The notes under the pieces: model-generated
Seen by the model: only the letters and a program-made list of their open reading frames with translations
What the model was told of the DNA's origin: nothing
The model's database searches: none
NCBI GenBank assembly: GCA_010356995.1
Contig: ML996696.1
Span: 746,364 to 810,363, forward strand
From: Trichodelitschia bisporula
Taxonomy: Eukaryota
Direction of reading: 5' to 3'
Length of the DNA stretch: 64,000 bases
Translations under genes and position numbers: made by a program
Shown: piece by piece, positions 25,126 through 38,809 of the stretch
Numbering within the stretch: position 1 is the first letter of the stretch
Layout: the number at the start of each line of letters is the position of its first letter

Positions 25126-27445
25126 ATGTCATCTTCCGCCGTAGCCTACCGAAAGGCTGCAAGCTGTCTTCAAGCACCTGCACTCTGGATTACAGACGAT
25201 GTCCTCTCGAACGCCTGGCACCGCTTTCTCACTTCACGAACGAAACGCCATGGTAGCAACGTCCCGGGGCCATTGGAAGCTAGGAAACGGCTTGCGAGAC
25301 GCCGGATGGCGGGCCTCAGTGTTGTCGGCGCGCCCGGACAGGATCTCGGCTTTATGTTCCTCAATGGGCCGCCGCGCCAGAATGAGTTGAGCTGGGAGCC
25401 GCCGTGGGTGGTAGGGAGGTCTGGAGTCGATGGTATGGCTGTTTTAAGCTGCTGATTGTCTAGGCTCACAGTATCCAGGCTACCAGAAGTCTCCACTACC
25501 TTTTCCTTTCGATACTGAGCTTCAGTCACCAAGGCCATCGCCAAAGCTTCCTTTCGAGGAGCGAGTTCGGCAGCTCAAGAGTTTGAACTCTGCTCGAGAA
25601 CTCTACAAGGAACTTGTCATGGAAGATATGGACCATGCTGTCCTCAGTGGACTGGCATTTAAGGCCCTCATGCGGAATGGAGCTCGGTTTGAGGACGTGA
25701 CCGGCTTCCTCGGAGACGTCGACCTCAATGTCCCAGAGGCTCGCAACATGTCGGCCTTTTTCGGCTACTATTCAATACGTGCCTTAAGCAGCAGTCACCT
25801 CCATGTCTTTCTGGAGATATTGCATAGAGCACTGGTCCTCGGATTACTCTCTCCACCTGAAACCCTGAAACTGATAAAGAGTATTCAGCCGCTTGTTGCA
25901 AGCACCTATCCCACGGACTGGGAAGCTGTAACTCTCCAGGCATATCGGCACATCTGGGAAGGGAGCCTCGAATGCCGAGTTTTACCCGTCGATCCAGCCA
26001 TCCAACAGGAGCTGCTCGCTCAGGCTCTGTCCTTGAAAAATACGCCTGAAGTGGCATATTTTACCCTTGGACTCTACCAGTCGATATGGCCTTTGGGACG
26101 ATCTGAGCACGGGCTAGCCTCTTACCTTGCTCACTGGCTTCAGTTGGTACACGGGTTTGAGAAAGCCCAAGCCAAGAATGGCGAACTCTCTCGATTTACA
26201 CTCTCTCGCATAATCGACATGCTTCCCGAGGAAAGTTTTGTGGACGATGTAGTACATGCTACTCGATTGTTGGGCGCTCAAAGCACGTCTCGTAGCATGC
26301 TCAACCTCTGGATGCACGTGCTGCGCCGCTCGGATCGATTCAAAAGGCATACCGCAAAGCGCAATTTCGGACACAAAGTACGACCCAGATGGATATCGAT
26401 CTACGAGGCTCTGCCCTACCCTATGTCTCTGCTCGAGCTCAGCAACCACTTCACCGCTCTGGGCCCGGTAAACACCTGCCGCGTTATCCTCGAAGCCTGG
26501 GCCCCGAGAATCCACACACCTGCGCAGTTGAGCCATCTGCACGAAGACTACTGCGGTAACGGCTCCTTCACGCGACTGGACAATCTCAGGAGTCAATTTG
26601 AGCGATTGGTTTCCAATGCCAAAGACACAAGCGGTAACGCCGTTGTCTACTTTGCGAATCTCATCAACGCCTTTGCGCAGTGCCATATCCCACATCGCCG
26701 CGTCATGGCCGTAGTCTTCAACTTCGTGCTCGAGCGTCTCGGCGGCAAAGCCGTCCTCGAGCTTGTACTGCACCTTCGCCGCTTCCACGTCCGCATGTAC
26801 CCCGGTCCGATTCTCCGGACAATCAACAAAGTCGGCAAAGACGACCCGCAACTCGCCTACGCGCTGTACAAGTGCCGATCGGTGTGGCTCTCCCGCGCAC
26901 CAGGGCTACTCCCCGCACTCATCCACCACGGCATGCCGCGACAACTTCTCTTCCGGCTTCTACACCGGCGCGACCCGGGTGCCCGCTCACCCCTCGCGCA
27001 CCGCACCCGTCCCTCCGCCCCGCTCACCCCGCTGCGCATCGCCCTCGTTCACATGATGGCAGATGCGTTCGCGCGGCGCCCGCACGGCACCGCACGTCAG
27101 GCCTACCGCGCCGTGTACCTCTGCTACTGTTACCTGCGCGGGTACGAGGCGGCCGTGGGACCGGGAATGACACGCGCGCTGGTGCATGCGGGAGTGACGC
27201 GGGCACTGATGGAAGGGGGCTCACTGAGCACGGAACGGTTTCGGTGGATTTTGGGCGTGGTGCGGCGGGTGGAGGGGTGGGAGGCGGCGGAGGAGCTGGA
27301 TCACGTTGTTTTTGAGTTGAGGGCGAGGGTGGGCGGGGATAGGAGGTATGGAGCTGTGGAGGAGGAGGATGGCCCTCCCGTGTGGAAGATTAAGAGGCAT
27401 GTTAGTCGGAAGGGCAGGGATCCGTTTGGCGTGGCTGAGGACTAG
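25126..27445 (+). CDS. Conserved hypothetical fungal protein, possibly mitochondrial and helical-repeat
   Basis: Exon 25126-25432 (contains RHGSNVPGPLEARKRLARRRM) splices via intron 25433-25478 in frame to the 25583-27445 ORF. Confidence 0.7.
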
Positions 27446-28135
27446 GTAGTGGTGGTGCTTTGGGTCCGGCTTTGGGCGTGTGTCTGTCTTCAAGTGGCAC
27501 CATCAAATCCATCCAAGCGCCGCAGCCTACCACAAGGCCTGACTGAGTCCGTGATGGTGTACAGTAACATGTGCGGTATCGGTGGACTTGATGTTCTCTA
27601 GCTACATCCAGAGCGACTCCAGCTTCATAGACTCACGTGACTGATGCCTTGCACGTGATGTGGAAAAACAATAACCCGGAAGCAATTGTCAGTGTTTTGC
27701 CTGAGGCATCCGCCGCACGGGCAATCTCTGAGGGCCATGTTGTTCCCTTTCGCGAATCCAAAACCGGCGACCTTGACCTTCTTCCATCACCGATACCCAA
27801 CCCGTAACCCCCCACCCCCGCTCCCCCCCCATCCATCCCTCGACAAGCCTCGAACGCGCGGCGCAACGACGCTTCTCTTCTCCACCATCACAGGTATTAC
27901 CCATTTTCTCCAAAACGCGTCGAAATCCCACCACCCCCTTCTACAACACTCTTTCCTTTACCAAAGCGCCTGCGCCTGTGTTTCTCCTTGGGGAGCGAAC
28001 AACCCAACCCACCCCCGAACACGCGCTCCCGCCATCTGCACCCAAAACGTTCAGGGTCAGCCATCGCGTTCGCTCAACTTTTATTAGTTATCGCGCGTAG
28101 CGTCGCGCTGCGCACCCGTCGCGCCAACCCCAACC

Positions 28136-30764
28136 ATGACGCCCGCCGTACAGACAGCCAGCGATGCGGCATCGCCTGCATCAGATGGTCATTCCGTCAG
28201 CCTCGTACCAGCTACAAAGCGCAAATACTCTCAGTCTTCCGGGGCATTCGAGCGAACCGCCGCCATACGACCCAAACCTTCCGCGCGGCATGCCGACCCG
28301 GACCCCACGACTCTCACGTACTTTCCTCCTGATAGTAATCATACGAACGGAGAGTTGGACCCTTTCCTCGTCGTGAAAAGGTGAGTTTCAACCGAAACGC
28401 GCCCCGTCTGCCGCCCTACTGACTCTCATTCACAGGTGGGAGAATGCAGCATTCCCGAACACCAAAAACGCCAAAAATGAAGACCCCATGTTTCTCCCTC
28501 CTATGAAATGGCAAGCATTCGATGTACGGTACACCGCGTTGGGTTCTGATAAATTCGACGCACGGTATCGCGACAGATTTCTGAAGTGGCAGAACGACCC
28601 CTCATTGATACGCAGGCCTTGCGACGATTATGACCAAGATGCCACACATTGGGCCACGAACAAGGAGCTTGTGGGCGAAGTTCTTGTGCACAATCCGGGA
28701 CCAGATGGTAACTACTATTTTCCTGGGCATGAGGATAACTGGATCGGTCGGGACGATATCGTCGGCCTTGAATTCCCTACCTTGACGGTCTTCGCAAACG
28801 CTCCAGTCCCGCGGCACCTCTTCTCCAGCTTCAGGAAGCCTGTGAGTGTCGACGTGAACGGGAGTACAGTGTTCACCGTTACCCCGCCACCCCGTAAAGA
28901 TTTGCTTCCAAAGTTCATCACTGTCGCGAATTTCAAACCCTCGCAGGCTCAGGAGTCCAACGCGAAGAAGGGACCCACGATTGGGGAGCTCTTTGCTCCT
29001 CCGCCGACCGTACCGCAGCTACATCCGCCCACGTTCTCAAAACAGTCTGGTCCATCTAATGGCGTCGTCACCTTTGTGCCGCACGATGCGCCTCGTAGAG
29101 ACCGGCGGGACTCGTACACGTACTTCAATCAACCGCTAACTGTCGGCCAATGGCTGGCATATGCGGGAGAAGTGCAGATACCATCTGGCTCGGAGCTTAA
29201 GCGACGGCAACGTGACCGCAAGCACAGCACCAGTGAATCGTCGGACGAGGCGACTGCGCAAGCCAAGTACGACGCGCTTTTCCGTCGCGTGTACTCGAGC
29301 TTCGCCCCTTCATCCGACAACACCGGAGCCGTAGTACCTGTGCAGACGCGCAACGAAATCTGGTGGCAGAAGGTTGGAAAGTGGCGCGCCGAGCGCTTGC
29401 TGGCTATTGACCCGATGCTGCTTGAGAGCGACTTGGAACAGCAGAGTGCCGAGGGAACCGAAGATGAAGACGCCGCATTCAAGGACGCCGTCGAGAGCTT
29501 CGATCCCGATTCATGGGATGACCCAATGAAGGATGTTGCCGACCCTGCCGACCCTGCCGACGTTGACCAGGCGCTCGAAGAAGTCTCGCAGCTCCTGGAA
29601 ACGCTGGCGTCATACCAGCGCATCCGCAACTCCTATCCGCCCGGATCAAAGTCCGCCGCCTCCGAGCTCACCGGCACGCCGCAGACGCCAACCCCAGCCG
29701 AGATCGAGACATACAAGACACTCAAATCAGCACTGGCCACCATGATTGCCGCACTTCCCCCTACGGCCATCGCTCGACTCGACGGAGACAAGCTAGGCGC
29801 GCTGAAGTTGTCGGGCAATGTGCTCGTCGAAGTCCCAGTAGAAGGCGGCACCCTCGAAGAAGACCAGGTCTCGAAGATGGCGAAGCAGGCCGCCTTCTCA
29901 GCCGCCGTCGGCTCCTCCCCAGTGCCAGCCCTCAACCGCGGCCCCTCCGGCAACACCTACTCCGCCTTCCCCCCCACGGTCAGCCAGTACGTGCGCCCCG
30001 CCGGCCAGACCCAGCTCCGTCCTCAGCCCACCACCTACCAGCAGAACGTGAACGTCACGCCGCGCACCCAGCCCCTCAACTACCAGCGCACCGCCCCCGG
30101 CGTCCAGACCTTCGCCGGCAACTACCCGACCCAGTCGCGCATGAGCTATACCCAGCCGCCGCAATTCACGCAGCCCGCGCCGCCGCGTAGTGCCAACTAC
30201 GGGCCGACGGGTCAGAACATGTACTATCAGCAAATTCAGCAGCTCACGGGTGCAGGTGGCCAGTCGCAGCGGAATTTCCCGGCTACACCCCAGCATGGCG
30301 GCCAACAGCGGGGCCAGTTCGCGAACTACTCGGGCTTGCAGCGTACGAATGGTGCGGCTCCACAGTTCTCCCCAACGTCCGGTGCGACGCCGCTGCGCAC
30401 TGCGACCCCGCATGCGGTTGCTCCGACGCCGACGCCCGCGTTTGCAAATCGTCCTGCTGGTGCAGCGCGCTCGGCGTATATTGCGCCGACGTCGAATGCG
30501 GCGGCGCTGGGGCCGAGTGGGTTTCATACTACGATGAGCTCGGCGGAGCAGCAGATGATGATTGAGCGCCAACGGGCGAATCTGGCGATGCAGCAGCAGC
30601 AGGCGCGGATTGCGGCGAGTAATGTTGTTGCGCCTGGTACGCCGGCGAGGGCGTCGGTGACGACGGTGCAGGGAGCGCAGGTTAATGGGACGCCTGTGCA
30701 GGGAGGTCAGGTTAATGGGGCTGGGAATGCGGCGGCGGCATCGGCTGTGGCGGGACAGGTTTAG
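28136..30764 (+). CDS. Conserved nuclear protein, Rsc58-like, with Q/P-rich low-complexity C-terminus
   Basis: Exon 28136-28380 plus intron 28381-28435 joins in frame to the 758-aa ORF; LFSS, GQWLAY and YSSFAPSSDNTGAVVP...EIWWQKVG motifs. Confidence 0.65.
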
Positions 30765-32093
30765 GGGAATTTTGTGGGATTTAAGAGGGGGGAGTGTGGT
30801 GTGGTGTGAGGATAGGATTTCAGTGTGAATGTATGCATGCCATGGCGTTTTCAGAGGCTGGGCGTTGCTTTTTTCAAAGCTCTGGATGGGAATGGGATGG
30901 GGTCTGGAGGTAGTGCGCGGTTTACGGGCACTGTCTTTGGTGTCGGGCTAGGCGAGGCAAGGCGGACGGGCGCGCGGTTTATTGTTCTGTAGAACTGTGT
31001 TATTGTAGTTGTAAAGCTGTCTGGTGTGGGTGGTTGCCGTGTGAGCTAACGACGCTGAGGATATCGCGCTTCTAACGATGCTTACACGCCTAGATACAGC
31101 ACTGGCATCACGTAGCTGAGCTGCACTCCTCCCGATTCTCCGCAGCCGAGCCCCATGCAGGACGACCGAACCTCCCCGCCCGCGGCTGGCCTCCCCGCTA
31201 AACCCTCCAGTTCCTGCGTTAGCCCACCGGCCCGATGCATGGCCTTGAACCTACAAGTAGTTGCACAAACTAGCGCCGCAGCCTTGTAGCAGCCATCGTG
31301 CAACCCTTCCCGGCCCACGACCCTCATTACATACGCCGCACTCAGCTTCGTCGTCTACGAACGACCCCAAAGTCTCCCTGGCCAAGTCTTCCCAGAGCTG
31401 ACTCACAATCCTTCTCAAGGGACTTCCGGATGTCTTTTCCCGGAGTTGCCTAGATGTTTACGTAAGGCTATGCATTCTTGGACCGTCTTGGCCTGGGCAA
31501 TTCTGAATGTGAGGAGTCACGGGACTCATCGGGTGCGGTGGGAAAGGCACCGTGCGGACAGGCGATTCTCGTGTCAAAACTCGGGTTCTTCCTGTCGTGA
31601 GATTCAACGGCTTCCTTGCAAGTCTGGATTACAAGGGTTGTCTCCTCATACTCCCGTATTCAGTACGGTCTTGACGCTATAAATGTGGTGGATCGCAAAG
31701 AGAGGTGAGTGCGAAGGTGCTCATTACGTTGTTTTCTGTGGCATGTTATCATGGCGAAAGGAATATATGACTGCGCTGAGGGCTGCTACAGACGACAATT
31801 GGGCGATAATCATGAGACAGCGCGGTAGTACCAACGATAATCAACAAGAACGAAGCCAAAATGCCATACCTTGGCATCCAATTGGCATCCAATTGGCAAT
31901 TGGTAAGAGCCCGCCCCCATCTCGCATAGCATACCGTACATCCGTCCGATGGCGTGAGATCTCTCATAAAGACAACCTTTTTCCCAACTAGAATTCCTTT
32001 CACACTTGCAAAACAGACCTTAAATCAGCCTTGTTCACCTATTCCTACTGATAAAGCCGTACCTGAATCTCTTTTGATGTTGAACACCTCACC

Positions 32094-33463
32094 ATGGACT
32101 ACCCAACCCGGCTAGCGCTCTCAGCCAACGCCGCCCGCTCCCAAAATCCGGGGTGCAGCGCGCCAGAAGCGCCTCCCGCGACAAGCAACGGCACGCCGGT
32201 GACGTGCATGCCGACTCCTCCGACCTCACCGCCCCGTCTGCGCACATCGCCAACAACACTAACGACTACCTTACATACCCCACATCATTCTTCCCCCGCT
32301 TCCAACTCCCCGTCCACGCCCAGCTCACCACCCTCGTCCAATTCCTCGCCTAGCCGCTCCGGCATAACCTTCGCCCCTCGGCCCGCCCATCTGGCCACCT
32401 CACCTCACCACCCCCCCAACCCCATGCCAACCCCGGACGCGGCCCGCCCCGCGCCCCCGACTGCTACGCCGCACACTGCGACGGCGCAGAGCTACTTCAC
32501 CTTCCCCGTGTCATACGCCGTGACGGGGATATTGCGGCGGTTGTCGTCGGACGCACCGAACAACACCAGCAACACCAACAACAAGACCCACAGCAAAGGC
32601 ACCATGCCCAACAACGCCCTCGCTACCGCCCCGCCCCGCCGCGGTCCCTCGCCCTTCCAGCCCCCGCCCCTGACGCCGTTGAGTCTGGTAGGGTTTAGGC
32701 CGGGCACGAAGGCGAGCGCGCGGTTGCTGTCGCGCTCGCTGGCGGAGGAAATTCGCCTGCTGGTTCCGGCGCGCTTGCAGCTGGTTGAGGATTGGCGGCT
32801 GGTGTATAGTTTGGAGCAGAATGGGGTTAGTTTGGGGACGCTGTATAAGAAGGCTGATGAGTATCGGGGGAAGAGGGGGGGGTTTGTGCTTGTGGTTAGG
32901 GATGCGGGGGGTGGGGTGAGTGGCTGTGTATCTTGAAGGGGAGAGGCGGGCTAATGTGGGATAGGTTTTCGGCGCGTATCTGAGCGATGCGCCGCACCCG
33001 CAGCCGCATTTTTATGGGACGGGGGAGTGCTTCCTCTGGCGTGCGGCCGTCCTCCCCGCCATGCCCGATTTGTCCGAACTCCCCCCCCCGCCCTCCGCGG
33101 ATACGACGCACGCGCAGCGTCAAACGACGATACTGCGTGGTGTGAGCACGATGGGTGAAAGCGTCAGTGGGACGAGCACGCCGGATCGGATACGCTTCAA
33201 GGCTTTTCCGTACAGTGGGGTCAATGACTATATGATTTTTTGCGAGAGCGGGTATTTGAGTGTTGGTGGCGGGTAAGTGTCCTGTGTGTGGTTTTGATGG
33301 GTTAAGCTGACTGGTTAGGGATGGTCATTACGGTCTTTGGCTGAATGATAATCTGGAGAAGGGCGTGAGCAGCCCGTGTCCGACGTTTGGGAATGAGCCG
33401 CTCAGCGATGAGGGGCAGAAGTTCGATGTTCTTGGTGTTGAGCTGTGGTACTTGGGGGCGTGA
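32094..33463 (+). CDS. OXR1: Oxidation resistance protein 1 (TLDc domain)
   Basis: LAEEIRLLVPARLQL...WRLVYSLEQNGVSLGTLY, FYGTGECFLW, YLSVGGGDGHYGLWL and CPTFGNEPLS motifs. Introns at 32916-32964 and 33273-33318. Start codon uncertain. Confidence 0.9.
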
Positions 33464-33605
33464 TGCGGGCGGGAGGGGCATTCTTGAGATACCATGTTTA
33501 CACGGCGTTGCGCACGGCAAAAGGGCCTAATAGAGTAATGGAGTGAAGGGAATTACAGGCTTCATTCTTCTCATGCTCATGCTAATGAACCTCCTCCGCA
33601 CCCCC

Positions 33606-35219
33606 CTACGTAACAAACCGAAAACTCGGATGATCATCCCCCAAATTATCCGCATCCGGCTCCTGCAGCCTATAATCCCGTTCCCCACGATCCCGCTTCC
33701 TATTCTCAAGCGTAACACCCACCACCAGCGCCGTACAAGCCGCAGCACACACCCATAGCAATCCCAACGCAACCCCATATCCCGTGCGATACAACGGCTT
33801 CTCCCTGTCGATGAACACATTACTCGCCACCAAGCCGCCTGTGTTCCCGAAGCCGATCATCATGGCCGAGGCGACGGAGCGTTTGTAATGCCCGCTCATG
33901 CAATTGCTCGCCCACGCGATGGTTACGGGCTGCGTGACGTACGTCCCCATCACGGCGAGGAAAATGGCGAAGTACTTGACTCCGACGCTGACGTGCGTCT
34001 GGCAAAGTAGGATCACGTAGCCGATTGTTGCGATTAGGACCCCGGCGATGGTAAACGCGTACCGGTGCCGGAGCTTATCCGTCGCAAACGCCACCCCCAG
34101 CGCCGCAATCGTCGCCACCACAAAAATCGGTATCGAGCGCACCTGCGCCTTCTCCGCCGTCAAGCCCATCTCCTTCAGTATCGTAGGAATGAAGAAACTA
34201 GTGCTGTAACCACTGTTCACCACACTCAGGTACATAACGACGCTCAAATACATCTTCCAGTCGGAGAAGATACGTTTTGCAGCCCGCGCGTCGAGGCGGT
34301 CCATCCTAGCCTCGCCGCTGTCCCGCGCCAGACGCGTGAGGAGCAGGGACCGTTCGGCCGGGGTCAGGAAGGTGGCTTTTTCGGGCCAGTCAACGATTAG
34401 GGGTTTGGCGAGGAGGCCGACAAGGGAGGTGAGCAGGCCTTCGATTATGAAGATCCAGCGCCAGCCGGAGTAGCCGGCGAGGCCGTTCATGTGGGCGAGG
34501 CCGAAGGCGAAGAGCTGGGCGGAGGGTTAGCGAGCATTGACGAGGGGTGGAGAGAGGAAGGGGACATACACCGCCAAACGCCCCGGCGATGATGCTCGCG
34601 GAGAAGAAGAGCGTGAGGCGCCATTGCAGCTCGTACCGCTGGTAGTACATGCTGATAAGATATACACAGCCGGGGAAGAGCCCGGCTTCGAAGAGTCCGA
34701 CGAGCAGGCGGCAGGCGATGAGCTGGCCTTTGGTTTTGACGACGCCTTGGCCAAGGGTGGCGATGCCCCAGAGGATCATGATGCTGCTGAGCCAGGTTGA
34801 GGGTGCGATGCGCTTGATGATTATGTTTGAGGGGACTGCGGCGGCGGGTTAGTGATGGGGTTAGGCCGTTGGGGGGGGGGGGACCTTCGAAGAGGATGTA
34901 CGGCACGAAGAAGATTAGCAAAGCAACGTTGTAGTCGTTGCCCTGCATGTGCAGGTCTTTGTCCAGGCCCTGGATGCGCGCGTTGCCTTTCATCGTCAGT
35001 CGTATATCCCCATGAGTCGCGATGGTACATACCGATATTCGTGCGATCCAAAAACGCCATGAGGAACAACACGAACAGCACCGGCACAACCCTCATATCG
35101 CACTTGCGCACCAGCGCCTTCTCCGCCTCATAATCAATCACCTCCTCCTTCCCCGCCTCCGAGACCACAGGCTGCAGTTCCACCTCCTCGCGGAGCACGT
35201 CGAGCTTGTCCGTCGCCAT
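33606..35219 (-). CDS. MFS transporter, DAL5/TNA1 family (second member in the window)
   Basis: LVRKCDMRVVP...FLDRTNIGNA, EAGLFPG, GWRWIFIIEGL and NLGDDHPSFRFVT motifs; three introns. Confidence 0.9.
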
Positions 35220-36344
35220 AGCCTCAACCAAACCTCAAGTCGCAGAACGAAAACCGTCGTGAAGAAATCTCGCAGCGGAATAAGTTCTTAATACTCCCCT
35301 CGTACTCCCCTCGGCTCCCAATCCCAGGGCAACGGCCGATATTGAAGTAGGGCTTCACACCCCCCGCTTCCGATTCGCGCCCCGCCCATCTGGTCCACCG
35401 GCCGGCGCGGGGTAAGCCCCGGTCGGCTTGTTAATGTCGTGTGCGCGGGATGTGGGAGTTGGGTGCGGTAGTTGCGGGCGGAGAACGTGCGTGGGTGAGA
35501 GTGCCGATCTCAGGACAGATTTCCCGGGGCTTGTCGATGCAAGGGATGGGGGAGTGAGAAGAGGGCAGACCCGGGACCAGCATGCTTGGGCGCGTGAACG
35601 AGAGGCCGGCTTTGATGGACGGTATGCGGTTGAGATGCTGCTTGTCGTCCCCGCGTTCACGGTATTGCTAGCGTTGCTGCTGTTGTTCCGTAGCGTGGAG
35701 ATGCGGGCTGGCCATCGTGCGGGGTGGATGTGAGGGGGTGTTGCACGGCATGGGGTTTGTGATACTTCGCGAAGGTGCTCCGATCCGAGGAAGAGCACAA
35801 CGGTTGTGTTTCCTCAATGTCACATCTCAGGGGTGGTGCTAGGGGAGGAAGAGCAGATGTGGAGGAACAGGTCAGCCTTCAAAAATAGCCCTGTCGCAGA
35901 CATCGGAAGCAAGGGAAAATCGCACATAACCACTGCTTTCCCCTCTTCCGATGCCGAAATCGTGATGGGGCCGACCCGATTCTTTATATTTTCCTCTCTT
36001 CACCAACACAGTTTCCCTTTGAATGGATGACAGGATGGAGAGGTTCAGAATGCCATCGATAGGGAGGTAGGCGTGTCTTTCACATCCATACTCGTAACTC
36101 CATCAGCCCATCATCTTTCCCCTTCTCTCTCCCAATTGCGTGATACCACGAGGTACGGGTAAGGACCATCATGACGTCGTGTCCCTCTCCCGTCCATAAT
36201 AGCAAAACCACCACTCCACCACGCCCACCATAACCGCTCACCCAACGCCAAAAGAGGAAGACTACGAGAAGCCATTATTGCTCAGCCACACACCGCGTTA
36301 TTGGCACGCTTCGCTAGCTCCACCCTAGCAGCTCGTGTCCCGCC

Positions 36345-37679
36345 ATGCGTGTGGCAGTGCGCGCGGGGCTGTCAGCTCAATTCACATTTATACTGAGCAT
36401 CCTCCTCTTCACCCGTCCTATCTCCAGCTCCCTCTACCAGAATCCCGCCCTCTCCCCCTTCAACTTCGCCTCAAACGAAACCATGTCCACCTACAAATCC
36501 GTCTCCTACTTCGTAAACTGGGCCATCTACGGCCGCAACCACCAACCCCAAGATCTGCCCGTAGAGCACCTAACCCACATCCTCTACGCCTTCGCCAACG
36601 TCCGCCCCGAAAGCGGCGAAGTTTACCTCACGGACAGCTGGTCCGACGTTGAGAAGCACTACCCGAGCGACAGCTGGAACGACACGGGCACCAACGTCTA
36701 CGGCTGCATCAAGCAACTCAACCTGCTGAAGCGGAAACACCGCCACCTCAAACTCCTCCTCTCCATCGGCGGCTGGACCTACAGCGCTAACTTCGCCGCC
36801 CCGGCATCCACCCCGCACGGCCGGGAAACCTTCGCCCGCTCCGCCGTCCAGCTGCTTAAGGACAATGGGTTCGACGGGCTCGACATCGACTGGGAATACC
36901 CCAAAGACGCCGCGCAAGCCCGGGACCTCGTGCATCTCCTCGCCGCCGTGCGCCACGAGCTCGACGCCTACTCCGCGACCCTCTCCGGCCGACCGCACTT
37001 CCTCCTCACCATCGCCGCGCCCGCCGGCGCGCAGAACTACGAGAAAATGGACTTAGCGGGCATGGCTCCTCTCCTCGATTTCATAAACCTAATGGCGTAC
37101 GATTATGCCGGGAGCTGGGACGCCCACGCGGGGCATCAAGCCGCACTGTTCCACTGCCACGACAATCCGGCCTGCACACCGTTTAGCACCGATGCCGCGG
37201 TGCGCGCATACGAGGCGCGCGGCGTCCCACGGGAGAAAATCGTTCTTGGGATGCCGTTGTACGGGCGCGCGTTTTGCGGAACTCAAGGCCCCGGGAACGC
37301 GTTCAGCGGCGTCGGGGAGGGGAGCTGGGAGAACGGGGTGTGGGATTATAAAGCGCTCCCCAGGGCCGGGGCGCACGTAGAGCACGATGGGAGGACGGGC
37401 GCGGCATGGAGCTATGATCCGGCGAAGAGGGAGATGGTGAGTTTTGATACGCCGCAGGTGGTGAGGCAGAAGGTAGAGTATGTGCGGGGGCAGGGCTTGG
37501 GGGGTGCGATGTGGTGGGAGAGCTCCGGGGATAGGGGCGGGGAGGAGAGTTTGATTGGGACTGCGTTTAAGGGGTTGGAGCAATGTCCGGCGAGGAGGAT
37601 GGATTGGAGTGAGAACTGCCTTGAATATCCGGAGAGTAAGTGGGAGAATTTGCGGAAGGGGTTTCCGGGGGAGTGTTGA
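36345..37679 (+). CDS. GH18 chitinase (subgroup A-like)
   Basis: [17 protein letters not shown], catalytic [17 protein letters not shown] and GLGGAMWWE motifs. Alternative start at 36483. Confidence 0.95.
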   Translation: MRVAVRAGLSAQFTFILSILLFTRPISSSLYQNPALSPFNFASNETMSTYKSVSYFVNWAIYGRNHQPQDLPVEHLTHILYAFANVRPESGEVYLTDSWSDVEKHYPSDSWNDTGTNVYGCIKQLNLLKRKHRHLKLLLSIGGWTYSANFAAPASTPHGRETFARSAVQLLKDNGFDGLDIDWEYPKDAAQARDLVHLLAAVRHELDAYSATLSGRPHFLLTIAAPAGAQNYEKMDLAGMAPLLDFINLMAYDYAGSWDAHAGHQAALFHCHDNPACTPFSTDAAVRAYEARGVPREKIVLGMPLYGRAFCGTQGPGNAFSGVGEGSWENGVWDYKALPRAGAHVEHDGRTGAAWSYDPAKREMVSFDTPQVVRQKVEYVRGQGLGGAMWWESSGDRGGEESLIGTAFKGLEQCPARRMDWSENCLEYPESKWENLRKGFPGEC

Positions 37680-37747
37680 TGACGACGAGAGCCAGCGGAT
37701 GTGAAGCGATGTCAAAAATATTTTGATCGTAGATAAATGCCAGATAC

Positions 37748-38722
37748 CTACTCTTCTTTCTCCCCCTCCTTCGGCGGCACCATAACCACATACTCCCTCT
37801 CACTCCCCCCAAAACGGAGCACATCCCCCTCCCTCAACTCCACATACCTTCCCCCCTCACACCTCTCCCCATTCAAGAAAGTCCCATGCGCACTCTCCAA
37901 ATCCATAATATACGGCCTCACGCCCCCCTCACCCCTGTACCTAAACTGCAGTACCGCATGCTGCCCACTCACACTCGGATGCTCGGCCAAAATATCCGCA
38001 ACCGCCCTCTCCCTCCCAATTAACCAACAACTGCGCTCCCAGAGCTGGATCCCTTCCATTGCTTCCGCGCCTTTGAAGACGAAGAGCCGCCAGCCGGATT
38101 TTGGGGCGGGTTTACGTGCTTCCGCTGGTTCGTGGTATTTGAGGATTATTTTGGTGCCGGCGACGCGGTTGGCTTCCCGCGCGAGGATGCCTGTCGGGCG
38201 GTAGTTGGGTTTTTCTTTCTCCATGGGGGGTTCGCCGCCTGTGGATGCTACTTCGCCGCCGAAGGAGGCGGCTTGGGAGGGGAGGGGGCCGGCGCGGCGG
38301 AGGGGACTTGTTGCGCGGGGGGGAGGTGAGCGCCGTGATGGACGAGCTGGAGAACGTCTAGATGAAGGACCCGGTGAGCGCTTGGAGGAGCGATCCGGTG
38401 AACGTCGAGATGAGTGATATGGCGAGCGGTTGGGGGAACGTCTCGACTCGCGTCCTGACTCCCGTCTCGAGTCACGACCCGGCTCACGTCTAGTCTCTCG
38501 TTCCGGTGATTTCTCACGTGCATGCCGTTTTCGTGGCGGAGAGCGAGAGCGCGAGTGTGAGCGGCGTCGCGGCCTGTGTGTGAGGTCTGCGTCGGGTTCG
38601 GTGCGTGAAGACCGATGGCTGGATCGCGGTGGAGACTTGCGGCGAGGAGACCGGCTAGCGGGACGGCGGCGGGTATCCCGATCGCGGGACGCGCGAGCTG
38701 GTGGAGGAGAGGGTGAGGACAT
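37748..38722 (-). CDS. SNIP1: FHA-domain protein SNIP1/Pml1 (RES complex), RS-rich N-terminus
   Basis: RS repeats, then EKPNYRPTGILA, LKYHEPAEARKP, WLIGRE, HPSVSGQHAVLQFR and PYIMDLESAHGT. Likely start MSSPSPPP at 38722. Confidence 0.9.
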   Translation of the reverse strand: MSSPSPPPARASRDRDTRRRPASRSPRRKSPPRSSHRSSRTEPDADLTHRPRRRSHSRSRSPPRKRHAREKSPERETRREPGRDSRRESGRESRRSPNRSPYHSSRRSPDRSSKRSPGPSSRRSPARPSRRSPPPRATSPLRRAGPLPSQAASFGGEVASTGGEPPMEKEKPNYRPTGILAREANRVAGTKIILKYHEPAEARKPAPKSGWRLFVFKGAEAMEGIQLWERSCWLIGRERAVADILAEHPSVSGQHAVLQFRYRGEGGVRPYIMDLESAHGTFLNGERCEGGRYVELREGDVLRFGGSEREYVVMVPPKEGEKEE

Positions 38723-38809
38723 TGCGTCGGAATGTTGCGTGTTGCGTGGATGGTGGTGGGTTCGAGGGGTGGACGCGTGGAGGTGTCGTTGCATGCGAGG
38801 GTCTGGTGT

